Positions 11,755 through 25,019 of a stretch of DNA of 64,000 nt are shown one piece after another. The translations under genes were made by a program, and so were the position numbers. This DNA comes from Kudoa neothunni. Lineage: Eukaryota; Animalia; Cnidaria. Positions within the stretch are counted from its first letter, which is position 1. Each line of letters begins with the position of its first letter. The DNA lies in NCBI GenBank assembly GCA_964304625.1, contig OZ199840.1, positions 3,027,189-3,091,188 on the forward strand, read 5' to 3'. Under the pieces are notes generated by a model that was given only the letters and a program-made list of their open reading frames with translations, was not told where the DNA came from and searched no databases.

Positions 11755-14336
11755 GTACATCGGGCGAGGACACATGTGCAGCGAAAACTGTTTCCTTACG
11801 TAAGCATATGTTGAAACATTTGACTACATAACCATAAACCAAGCGACATTTTCTCGTAATTTTCTAACATAAAATATCGCGGAATTATTATTAACCGAAA
11901 TACAGCCCATTTCGTGTAATCATGCGGTCGACCAATAAGAATAAGGTTAAAAGAATTTGTTTGTGGATTATCGGGAGAATTACATTATTTGGCGCCAAAG
12001 TAATAATTAACTTCTCCAGGATAGATATTTAAATTCTCAGCTTCATGAGATAATCTCAATGATGAACATTTAAATCATCGGATCGGCAAAATTTACTAAA
12101 TAGAGAAACGCCTATGGCATGATATAACTAAGAATTTTCAGCATTTATTGAGATATAAAATATGTCCATTCTCAAAAGACATATTTTACTTAATTTTTTT
12201 AAAATATAACTTTTAGTATACATTTGAAAAGATAATAACGTTACAAAAATTCTCCTATTCACTTAAGGGTACTCAAATAATCAATATTTTCATTAAAAAT
12301 AAGGAATTTCCCGATGTCATATTGGAAAAAATAGATTAAAAATTACCAAATTACCTGTTTACGATTGAGGTTAATTTATTTCCGAGCTATAATCAATTAA
12401 AATGAACTTCTAATATATGTATATACAAAGAAAATGTGTTAATTATGATATTGAACATTCAAAAATTAATAATTATGTCATTTGGAGAAATTTTAAGACA
12501 GATGAAACCATTAGCGTGATATTTACAAATGATGTTTCATAACTCTTAAAATTTATGGCATATATTAGTTTTCTAATATATTTATTATCTTTTCAAAACT
12601 CTTAATATATTTTTTAAAGAGATTATGATTATTTAATAAAACACGTATGTTGTTATTTTTAATAGTTGCCATAAAGAAATAATTTGGTGGGTCTATACGC
12701 ATTATGAAAAAGATTTACGATGTGAGCATAGTTTTTCAATATTTTATTTTTTTACGAGTGTTTAAATAGAATCGTATTCTGTTTAAATCCCGGTAATGTC
12801 TCAATTTCTTATTTTTCATGAAGATTGAATAAAATTGAAATCGTATTTATTTTTTGAACATGTGTTATTCCTTTTTGGGGTTTTACCAATGTATGTCTCT
12901 TAAAAGCTGAAATAACCGTTATAATGATTTTCAGGACGATTAAATTATTTTTCGAGTTAAATTAAAACATCTAATTATTTGCTCACTGTAAACTTGAAAG
13001 TTATTATTCAAATAATTATCAGATAATTCTTAGGATGAAACTCAATGAATATGATATGAAAACTGTAAGAAAATATGATTTGTCTTATGCTACAAGTAGT
13101 TTTAGCGTCTGAATCAACAAGTACTATTGAAAAAAGAATGTTGACTCTCGCTAAGAATTATTCTGTTAGTAATTAGGAAACAAATTGTCAATTCCCTCAT
13201 CTTGATATTATTTGAAAATTTTATCAATAAAATGATTATTCTAAAACAATCGAATAATACATTTATCTTGAACATAAGTTGACATTCGATAAAACCGATA
13301 AATTGTTAATCATTACTGTACACTTTCAAGCCAAAAACATCTGATTACTATCAATTAAATAAAAAAATTTCAATCTACCTTGTATTAGTTTTTATTTTGG
13401 AAATTTTGGTGTTATTTTGAATGAATAGATTTATTTGAAATGTTTAAAAATCATGTCAAAATAGCGAAACGATAATTTCCCGTCCACACACGTTTGGTTT
13501 AAATCAGATAAGATTCTTCATAAAGTTATCAGAAACAAGTAATACTCGGCGTTATTATTTTATACGTTGAAATCTGCCTTTTTATTTGTTTAATTTCTTA
13601 TAATATTTAGACTTAAATCTTTAATTATAAAATATATGTATTTAATTTGTTTCAAAAAATAATTTAAAAATACAGAAAGTTACAATACATTAGGTTATTG
13701 AATGGTTATTTTTAATTCGTTGGCAAAATTTAGATTATTCAGAGCAAGTCATCTAATGTCAATAATTTGTAAAATAAGTTTAAAAATAACGATTATATCT
13801 TGTATATTCTTATATTTAGATTATGACATAAATTTATTTATATTTAGATTAACGTAATTGTTTAAAATTCAAAAAATAACCATAAACAAAAAAGGTGAAT
13901 CAAGACAGGAAAAATGATTTGAAGTCTTTATTTTATTGTGTGAATAAATTTCAGATAATGATTTGTCCAATTATATTTAACTAAAACTTTAAAAATCCTA
14001 TCGCACACTACCAATCAAAGCTATGATTTCGCGCTAGTGTCGATATAAAAATTATTGTTCCTCTATATTTGCATCTTAATCGTGAAATATTGCGTTCAAA
14101 ACACTCTAACGTCTCATGAAATATCTTTGCTTAAATATTATAAATGATAAGTTCAATACATTTGAGCCAAACATTTGAAATAACTCAGTCTTATTTTTCT
14201 TTTATTATTCTATAAATATTATTGAATATGTGGTGCGACTTGGCTAATCAAAATAAAAATTAACCATTGCCCTCTTTTCTAAAAAGAAAGATTATGTTGG
14301 GGACAGAGTACAAAAATCCATGAAATAATAAATATT

Positions 14337-17300
14337 TTAAAGATAAAAAATTTTGTTCCTGGAACGAAGTAATAGATATACGACGGCGACAAGCGTTATT
14401 AAGATAGGAAAGACCACAATTACTAATGTCAGCGTAAAAATTTTTAACATGAGTGGTCTCTTCTTATATTTCTGTATTGTAAATCTATGTTTATCGGATA
14501 CACTCCGAATAGTTGATTTCGATTCGAAGTAACTATCGGTGATAGCATCAATGGATCCAGATTCCGTGGGAAATTCGGGTTTGCGAGTGATATATGAACT
14601 CTCGAAAATTACAGAAATTTTGGCTGTAATTGAGTCTATTGGTTCTTGTCTAAAATATTTGATATTTTATAACAATAAATAATTTAATGACTTGGTCTTT
14701 TCCGAATAACTTGGAAGAATTGAGCCAAAAAAAGGATCAACAAATATATATTCATTAAAGCCATTGTATTCATAATAATTTCTAAATAATAAACTGATTT
14801 TAGATACATTTGATAAATTACATTTTTTTAAGAGCTGCAGTATCTTTTTCTACAAAAAGAGATCCGTCGCTTATAATAGTATATATAACAGTAATATGGA
14901 AGCATTCTAGATATAAAAAATAGCCATCCTTAATTGTTAGATATTAATATTATGGCAATAGAAATTGTTACGTAGTATCCATTAACAGAATGGACATAAC
15001 ATATACCATTTATATAATCAAGAATAGCTTTCATCAAGTCTGTTATTTTTTGTGGCTCAAACTCAAAATAATTATTATAAATCTATAATTTATCAATTGA
15101 AATATTTTATCACAACAATACCTCAAATTCATTTTTCTCCGACAATATTTTTCCTTTTCCAATTGCTGACAGGTTGCAATAATCGTTCTTCGAACAAGCA
15201 TTACTGTCATACATGACAGATCGGATCAATGAGGTACACTTCTCCAAGTCATATTTTCCCAGAAAGGTTGCTTGATATTTTGGTAAGGATTCCGACATGC
15301 AAACATTTTCCAAAGTATTATAGTTGAAATGTTTTTCATAATCAGTGATAATACAAGGGTGAAAATATTGTTCATTTTTCGCTCCCTTTATATTCAAGGA
15401 AAAATTTTAATTTAAAGAATTTTAATATATTTACTTTAGCTAGCTTGTGATACGTTGATATTAATATACGTTCGAGAGCCAAACAATAAAAATCATACAC
15501 AAAAGCCGTGTACTTTTCTTTTCTGAGAGAAAATTCTTTTATAATCCATTTATCGCTTGGGTTGGGTGGATTCTCGGCGAAAATTCCAATCGTAAAACCT
15601 ACATGTGTTGCAAGCATAAATGACTTTTGGTCTAAAATCTTAATAAATTATTTCAAATTCCACGCTCATTATAGAGGTTACTGATTCTTCAAAGTTAAAG
15701 TGGTACTTCAAAAGCTCCAACAACCCACTTGTATTTTCATCGAGTATTATTGATGAACCCAATATTATTTTATAATGATCAGAGGCCTCTATTTTTTCAA
15801 TGTCGCTCCGTAAAATTGTTCCCAAATCCTCTTCAATTTTTCTTGAGAAAAATTTAGTGACTGAATTATGAGTAAAATTTTATACAAGTGCATAAACTCC
15901 AGAGAATACATAATTTGTAATAAAATTTGTTCAAATTCTTCAGCTTCCCATTTGCATAATTTGGCAGCAAGTTTCATACAATCGTACAAATGATGATTCA
16001 CTTTTTATATAAGATGATGTTAGAATCGATATATATATATATATATATGTCTGTTTTGAAATTTAATAGGTATTTTAATAGTAAGTATGTACTGACTGGT
16101 AAACATTTAACCCCTTGAGGGTTGTTTTGACTAAAGCTAATTAGATGTACACGTAAAAGTGTTAATACCGACTTGTAATTAATTATCTAGAGCGGAATTT
16201 TAAAAATTATGTTTAAGCTATCAATAATTTTCATGGCAGGGATAGGCATACTTTCAAGTTTGGGTTTTAAATCAGTACATTATGAGTTTCCAAAGGGCCG
16301 CAACTTATACAACCTATGGTTAACCAATAACGTAACGCCACATATATATGTATAGTATAGTAAAGAAAAAAATAAATATAATTAAATATACACAATTATT
16401 TTTGGCCAATTAACTTTATAGCGGGATTGGGATCTTTTATATTCCATAAATATTTTAATTGGTTCATAGAATTTTTAACAAATATCTGAGATAATTAACG
16501 TTGCGTCTTTTATCCTATATTATTGAAGTTAAAAGACTAAAAAAATTTTTCCTCTCTAACAGGCTTTGGAGTTAAAATGACCAACAATTTTTTAGTTTGG
16601 TATATGCCGAAAATTATTATACAGATATGTGGAAATTAATGGAAATTCCTGCATAAGGAATATTGAGAAATTCAGTAATTATTATTAACGATAATCCGCA
16701 AAAATCCGACTAATTACGTGGTAGCATATACAGTCAACCACGGTTATTGCGCACTTTTGGTGGGTGGCGAAAAATGTATAACATCCATCTAATTCGAGGC
16801 TGCCAACGGAGTTTAAAAACCCCAATGTCGAAAAAACACTACTTTAAAGTACAACCAAAAATAGAATCGTGACTATTAAAGTTTTTAACCTTCTTCCGAT
16901 TCAATAATTACGTGTTCATGCATTGAAGTTAAATTTATCTTCGTATGATTGCCATGTTTTAGCACGAGCACTCACTCATACTTAATATCTTGTGTAGATC
17001 AACACACTCACAATTAATTACTACATAATTCAATGTATATTTTGAAATAAGGTTCAAATTTTCTAATAATAAGCGACAATTTTTACTAAGTAATTATGTA
17101 ATCGTGTCATATTAAAGAATCCAATGTGGTGTCGTTCAATATTGCAAATGTATAAGATCTACACGACAATGGTTCCCGCACCCCTAAGGGTGTGAACTGT
17201 GGGTTTGGGGTGCGAGATTCGACCACAATGGAAAATAATTTTTGAGAAATTTTGAGTCGGCTAAAGCTTATCGTATACAAGGGGGCACGAACTTCGTTTT

Positions 17301-20300
17301 CTCATAAAATGGGAGTGCGAGTCCAATTTTATTTGGGAAGCACTGCTGCATGATATAATTTGAATAGCATACGTCATTAAAAATATAGATATTAATGTCG
17401 TACATAAAAAAATTTAAGCATTCTTTAAGATTTACAGGTTTTCAATAAAAACCCAAGATTTTGTATTAAATAAAATAACTCCCATGAATCCAAGGTGATC
17501 ATGAAAAGCCCAAGCCATGGCAGCCCTGATGTAATTGTGCGCGTGTGGCAAAATAAACGCAAGTATTATCTTTAAAACGAATTAATTAACATTTATTCGT
17601 TGACATAATTTAACGAAACAATGCATTTATCGGTATATTTTACAATTTTAGATACTTTGTCCATCACTAGGCAGAAATCATTCAATCTATTTGAGTCTTG
17701 AGGTAAAATACTCAACGTATTTTTGAGAGAGCATCCTTTAGTTTCTTCGAGTTTAATTAATATTTAATATGGTACTTTTTATTGAGATTAGCATAATGTT
17801 GAGAATTTCCACTTAACCCTTTCGTGCCCAAAAGCTATCATAGTGACCACATGTATATTTTCTATATGGAAGCTTAGTTATGGGAAACATGGGCATAAAA
17901 TTAAATTTTTAATGCATTCAATCTTTTTTCATACTAATTATAGGAATTTTAAAGAAAATTTTGTAAGAAATTGTATAGCAGCAAACTTTAAGCCATTTTG
18001 GTCCCCAAAAGTCATTATATCATTTCATTCATTAACTAATACTTTTTCAATAAAATATAACACAAAAATTTTGAGTCGTAGATAACAACATAAATAATAT
18101 ATTTATTGAAGTTAAACATTTTTTTATGTAACTTTTAAAAAATAATGATGAAAATAATACATGGCCATTAGGATAGCCTTTGAGCAAATGCGCCAAGTTT
18201 GAACAAAGATGGATCGCTACGTTAAATATAACAACCTAAATAATGATAAATCAATATCAGAAGTAGTTATTCTTCCGGATGCTGATCTGTCAGAAACAGA
18301 CACGGTTTCTGATGATGAAATGGAAAAATATGCCAATTAAAGTATGATGATTTCTCTGTTTCTACGCCCGATGATATTGACTCTGAATATGATGATGTAG
18401 AGTACAAATAGACTAACGAAAATTTTGGCTTGATATTCCGGATGATGTTATTACTGTTAATGATTTTGAAGAAATTGATCGATCTTATTGATTACTTGAA
18501 ATTCTTCTTTAACAAATCACTAATCCAGATGATAACAAATGAAACAAACATTTATGCCACTCAATGTGGAATAAATTTTGTTACAGATATTGAAGAAATC
18601 CAAAAGTATCTAGGGGTTCTCATGTTGATGGGTATTGTTAGAATGCCTCGTTATCGCTGCTATCGGAGCACATCATTAGATTTTCGACACGTATCAAACG
18701 TTTTCTCTAGAAATCGATTTGATAAAATTTCCAAATTTATTCATTTTTCCAATAATGAAGATATCACTAAAGATCAAAACTCGGAAAATTATTATCGTTT
18801 TTCTAAAATTCGACCTTTTTAGAACATCTACGGTTCTCGTTTTTAAGTTTAAACCAGAAATGTGCAATGCAATCGATGGGCAAATGATTCCCTTAAAAGG
18901 AAGATGCTAAGCTAAACAGTACCTTCCCATTAAACAAACCAAATAGGGGTTTAAAGTGTTTGCTCGGTGTGGCATCAGTGGCGTACTCTATGATTTTATC
19001 TCGTATCGTGTATGAGGGAAAACCACCAGCAATTTCACAAACTTGTGGTCAAACTTGGAGTGATTTTGTAGTAAAATTATGCGAGACTTTACCAACTTCA
19101 AGATCCTTCTTTTTGTATTTTGATAAATATTTCACATCTATTCCATTGCAGCAACTGTTAAAGAAGCGAAACATCTACTCTGTTGTACAATAAGAAGGAA
19201 CAAAATTAAAGATTGTCCATTAACCCCGGTAAAACAAATTCAGCAAGAAAGGTCACGGTTCTTACGAAAGCTTTCAGGATACCAAAAATGGAATATTATT
19301 GACTCAATAATGTGATGGTTCTGTTGTTACGCTTTCTTCTACTCATTCTTCATCCCAGCCCCTTGGTGTAGTTAAAAAATTCGATAGAAGGGCTAAAAAG
19401 ACTACAAATATTGATTACCCCAATGTAGTTTCAGAATATAGTAAAAACATGGGTAGAGTTGACTTGTCAGACATGTCGATAGCATTTTACGAGTTTAACC
19501 ACAAATGCCGAATGTTTTGTATGCGAATATTCTTTTGGGGGTTCAATACCGCCATAACCAATGCTTGGTTATTATATAAACGAAATACAAAGGTCAATGG
19601 TGACAACTACAAAGTAATGGACCTTTTGTCATTTACTCGGTCTAAAAGTGAAAGTATGATTCACTTCAAAAAATCCAATATAGTAAAAAGCGTTGGCATC
19701 CTTCATTGGATGATTCTAAAGTTGTAGCTGTTGATCATTTGCATAAAAACAATCGAAACCCCTGTCAGAGTCAATAAGATTTGATAATGTCGACCATTAT
19801 ACTGAAATAGTGGACACAAAAGGAAGGTGCCGATTGTGTAAATAAAGAAAACAATTCAGCTGCATTCGATGTGGAATAACGTGTTGTAATGTTAAAACTC
19901 GAACCAGATTCGATGTAATATTTTTTCGCGCGAGTGCCCAGTGATCATTCTGCTCACCACGATGAAATATCGTAAAAAATAATAATTAAATATTTAATTT
20001 TTATTCAAAAATTTTTTATGTTAAAAAAAAATATTAAATATAATTTTTATAGCTCTAATTAAAAATTTAGGCGCTAAAGAGTTAAAATAGATGATTATTT
20101 TTATGAGTATAACGACCAGTTTCTATAATTTCGCACGTCTTTCATGATTTCCTAACTGATTAATACGATGGAATTGGCTTGTAAGATACATTAAAATTAT
20201 AAAAGCTGCGAATTAAAGGTGCACTCGATAATCTTGTGTATTTAGAAAGGTGTTCCTTCATAATAAATTACAATATATTTTCTTTATAAATATAACTTTG

Positions 20301-21189
20301 GAGATAACATTATAAACAAATATGGATTTACCAAGGTCTGGTTAGGTGAGAAAGAGTCTGGAAGGATGAAATTATCACAATAATATATTTGTTGACATTG
20401 TGTAAAAAATACCATTTAATAAATGAACAAATATTAATGTTGGGGCTGAAAGATTGCGCGTAGGTTTCTAAAGTAATTGCCGTCGGTCTGATATGACGTT
20501 ATCTGTGAAACCCTCTCTTTATTATATTAGCGGTTATATAAGAACCCATTAGCTTACCTTATTATTATCATATTTGAACGATGGTTTCTTGCCTTAACAA
20601 TTAAAATTTAAATTTTGCATAAAGCTTCACGAGCTGAAAAATAAGTTCTCGTGTCCTTAGTTTGTTTACCACTGTTCTATAGGGATCTCAAGGAAGTTTA
20701 CCAGACGTATCGGGATTTAGGACTGAATTTGATGGGGCCAGGAGCAACTGTATATATTATAATATAAAATATATGGATCGAAGCTTACTCTATAACAATA
20801 AAATTCAAATCTCCATCAAATTAATCAAACTCTTTATTTAATAAAATTATTAATTTATTAATGTTGAAGTGATAAGTCCTTCTTCAGACAATAAAAATGT
20901 AGAGTGATTAAAAATAATTATCTTATTTGTTACATGAGCAAATATCGCTTTTGGTAGTAAGTTTGTGGTACCAATCTTTCTCCTCCTCTGGTATAATTAA
21001 CCTTTTATAGCATATAAAAGAGGAATAACTTAATCGTTTGTATAGCACAATTCCTTTCTTTGGAATTTATGAAATGAAGTTAGTTTAAAAACGAATAAAT
21101 AAAAGTACCTTTGGATATTTATCATTTTGAGGTAAAATGTAAGAAATGAAACAGTTTAGAAACAGTACGATCAACATTTGGCATCTCAT
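14337..21189 (-). CDS. GDA1/CD39 (NTPDase)-like membrane protein, paralog A, 10 exons, catalytic motifs degenerate
   Basis: Hand-spliced intact ORF: exon 1 21189-21109, exon 2 21057-20934, exon 3 from 16000, stop at 14339-14337. CD39-like segments include DCMKLA, KEKYTAFVYDFYCL, HPCIITDY, LGKYDLEKC, CSKNDYCNL and LECFHITVIY. An S/T-rich stalk and TM helix follow. Confidence 0.85.
17167..17345. mobile_element. hAT (Buster/Charlie-type) MITE
   Basis: Ends caatggttccc / gggaagcactg; degraded 8-bp TSD ctacacga / ctgcatga. Confidence 0.65.
17817..20081 (+). mobile_element. piggyBac transposon (PGBD2/3-like transposase pseudogene) in intron 2 of paralog A
   Basis: TTAA at 17813-17816 and 20082-20085; TIR ccctttcgtgccca / taggcgctaaagag. 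ORF fragments contain AIDGQMIP, YFDKYFTS and MGRVDLSD. Confidence 0.92.
20200..20700 (-). pseudogene. Possible retroelement integrase remnant
   Basis: Minus-strand translation with many stops includes LEIPIEQW and REGFTDNVISD, resembling rve core motifs. Confidence 0.35.
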
Positions 21190-24100
21190 TACTCCTCAAA
21201 TTATTTGGTTCGAAAGTAAAGCTTTTACTTATTCAACGATAGAGATCACACTAAGATTTGTTAAGTAGTTTTCTATTACTGTGATCTACAGCTGGAATAA
21301 ATGATGTGGATTGTAGATTTTTGTTTCATATCTTTTAAATATAAAGTTTTATACACAATATTAACTGTTTTATCTAAGTAATTTAAATTTATCAAACTAT
21401 AAAATATAATTCGACGTTGATTGTGACAAAATAAACAATTATTGGTTAAATCGTGGTTTGTTGAGAAAATATTAAATAAATATTTTTTTATTCCTTAATT
21501 TGAAATTAAATATGCTACGACTATTCCTTAATGTTCATAAGTTATTTTAGTTATATAATAAGCACTTCAATGATTAAAGCAGGAGTAAACTGATAAAGGT
21601 TAAGTGTAACATTCTATCTAGATTTTACACATAGTTTTAGTAATGAGTGTCTAACAATAACAATTTTAATTTGGTATCATTTACGATATTAAAGATTATG
21701 TTGTTTACTTTAAATTATTTAATAAATTATTTTATTGTACTATTATAAAACAGGTACTGTAATTCCAATTCATATTTAATTAGGCTTATATCGTTAAAAT
21801 TTCAAGAGGTTATAATAAAAAGAAAACAGAAAGATTAGGTTTATTTATTCAAGAAATTATTTTCAAGACTGAGAAGAGAGATTTACAACTTAACTGATAC
21901 GAATTAGCCCCTAATAGTGAAAACAATTGTTGTTGCTTCTCAAATTAATCCTATTTAAATAATGAAAATCAGAGATATGGATTTTATGGAATGAAGCCTA
22001 TTATCTTCAAATTTACACCAATACCATGAATGATTGGTCGAAAATTATGTATATGGTACATAAAGAAATTTTGAAATTTTTAATAGATATTTAAAGCGGA
22101 TTATGAATGTATTAATGGCATCAAAATGCGTTTTTAGGGCTTTTTCTTAGATATCTCGTATTCATGTCTATAAGTTAAATAAATCTTATTTTTCCTTGAT
22201 CGAAAAACACGTAGACCCTCCCATTAGTTTCTGTGTAACGTATAATTAGTTTTTTAATTAAAATGTCGCATATATAACTTACATGTTATGTAGATACCAC
22301 TGATTGAGCATATAACTTAAATTGTTATCAATAAACTATTTTTGCTTAAATAACTATAAAATTTCGATTAGCATACTTATTACATAATGGTTATGCTAAT
22401 TAATATTAATAATTAATTAAGGATTCAAGATTCATCATCTAGGATGATAATACACATATTTTGTTGATCTTAATAGTTTTAAATAATTTATTACAATTCC
22501 CTAAATTTTATCATTTCGCAAACTTAAAAAAAGTTATATGGGGACATTTCACGGTCTAAATAATACGGAATGCTTTTCACTTTATTACTCAGATTCGAAA
22601 AATTATACTTATTTTAAGTTAAGAGGAACCTTTTGATTTTATGGAAACAATTAGATAATTATAAATTAGGAAGAACTTCTCTTTTCAAAAGATAAAAATA
22701 TAAATAATAACGGTCCACGTAATATTTTCATGTGGATCGACTCCAAGTTTTTTGTCTCAATTTTAAATTTTCGTAAACGTTATATTCAAAAATTAATCAT
22801 TTCTATTAAAAAATCGTAAATTAATAAAGAGGGAACTTAATAAACTTTATTGCTCTCATTCTATTAGAATTAAGAAAGATTTACTCACCCAGTTTTTCTT
22901 TTGGGGACTTTACATCCCTCTAAGATGAAAGATCAGAGGAAAAATATTGTTTGTTAAATTCTCCTTATTGATATTTTAATAAGCTTGAGGCAATATGTTT
23001 TTGTTTAAAATATATTTTTTCTAATCAGAATTTACCATTTGGTACTGACTATTGCAGTGGATTCGTTTAATCCCCATGTGCGGATTGCCTAACGCCACAG
23101 ATGGGAATATTTACTAAAATAACTCTTCCACCAAACATTTAATTTTAAAAATGCATACAACAATGAATTAACTATTTAAAAATAAATTCTCAAAATAAAA
23201 TAAATCAAATTACTTTTAATATATAAATTGGCCAAATATGCCATCTTTATTTTATATTTTTCTTGAGTGGATTCATATATAAGTTAATGTACAAGCGATT
23301 ATCAAATCTTAATGTGTTCGTTTTATATAACAAGAAGTGTCGATTTACCCAATACATTAATTGAGAATGTGGCAACTTTTGTTAATAAGACTCGTTCTTT
23401 ACAATGATTGTAAATATACTATTTTACAATATAAGTTCGGTTATAATAATTATTTTCACATTTAATTGGTGATTTTAGTTTTTATTAGTGGCTTAATCGA
23501 TTAAAGTTAAAATTTTTCGTTTTAATATTGATGTTAATTATATGAAACATTACCGTTTAGTTTATTTAAGAGATGTTTTCTGTTGTAGATTATAATTAAT
23601 AAGTTGGTATAGCCGTTTACGATTTTTAATTAAAAAAAATCCATCATTTAAATCGGTGTTTATTTTTTAACCGACCTAGTGCTATGGTATTATGGACACA
23701 AAATCGGAGTAAACAGGCTTAAAAATCACAATTTATTAATCTACCATTTAAATACAAGTATGATAGCATGCATTAAGGATCCGGTGACAATTTCGCCATA
23801 TCCGCCGTCTTTATATGCGTTCGTTATGAGAAGCTTCGTTCAATTGCGACCGAAGATAGAGGAATTGATGTTAACATTAAAAAAAGTTTTTAATGTATTG
23901 GATACATCGAGTGTATCCGTTTTTTTATATATTTCAAAAGATATCATCAAATGCATGTGTTTTATATTAACCACTTTAGAAATTATAATTTGAATCTAAT
24001 TTTATAATTACTATTAATGCAAAATTACCCTCAAAATATATTATAATGCAACATGCCACAAGGCCAAAATATTATAAAGATTATTATAACCAAGAAGAGA

Positions 24101-25019
24101 CGTTGACATTAATTTTGATATTGTGTCGTTTGTAACAAGAGCATTCGATAAATATCTTGTTGCTGTGGCTGATGTATAGGATTAACTCTTCGTCGCTTTG
24201 CTAAAATTAAGATAGGCTAAAAAACAATACACTTATATTGGTCGATACACCAATAAAAATGTATTATGTAGTTTTATTCAAGGGAATTTGCCATTTATAA
24301 TTGATGGATTTATAGAAATTTTAATTTTTTATATGTTGTTCGATATATGAAATATTTATGAATGAGAATTTTTATTGATAATATTGCAAAGGAAAAGTTT
24401 TGTTGATAAAATATTGAAAAGGACCTATGAGATTTTATTTATTATCATTTAGACGTATCAAGCACTGTTTAAGTTTTATGTGTTTATGCTTTACAACGTT
24501 ATTTAGGAAAGGGATTTTTTTATATTCGCGATGGAAATGATAACGAGAAATCTTTATATAGCGATAAATAACGCATTTCCAGTGATATTGGATTATCATT
24601 CCAGTTTTCTAATTATTGCAATCAATTAAAAAAAAATAAAACGTTGGAATTTAAAATAAATTTTTTTCCTTTAAATAATTGATTTTTAGGAAAAAACTTA
24701 ATTTTTGGCACCGTTATTCGGTGGACCTCCTTCGGCACACACAGGTTTTTTGAGCACCGTTTTGGGGGATTAATTTATTTGAAGTGTATTTTTCAAAAAT
24801 CCTTTGAAGATAATTTTCCTGTTTCAAAAAATTATTATTTCAATATTTTGCGGTTGTACGCTTTTGCTAATGTTTTTTAAGGAATAGCTAAAGCGATTCC
24901 ATTTTTTTAATTACATTGAAGTATTTCGAGCATGAAAATAGATAGCAATGAAAATGATGAATAAATCTTATTTTTTTCAAACATAATCATATAAATGTAA
25001 ACTATAAAATGAGTATATA

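Noticed and set aside
11800-13300. Possible MULE transposase remnant (LWHI, FTND)
   Set aside because: Too decayed to support a call.
23640-24260. HMHL and YKDG motifs on the minus strand suggesting an HUH/Rep viral remnant
   Set aside because: Short motifs in stop-interrupted frames with no helicase motifs; not supportable.
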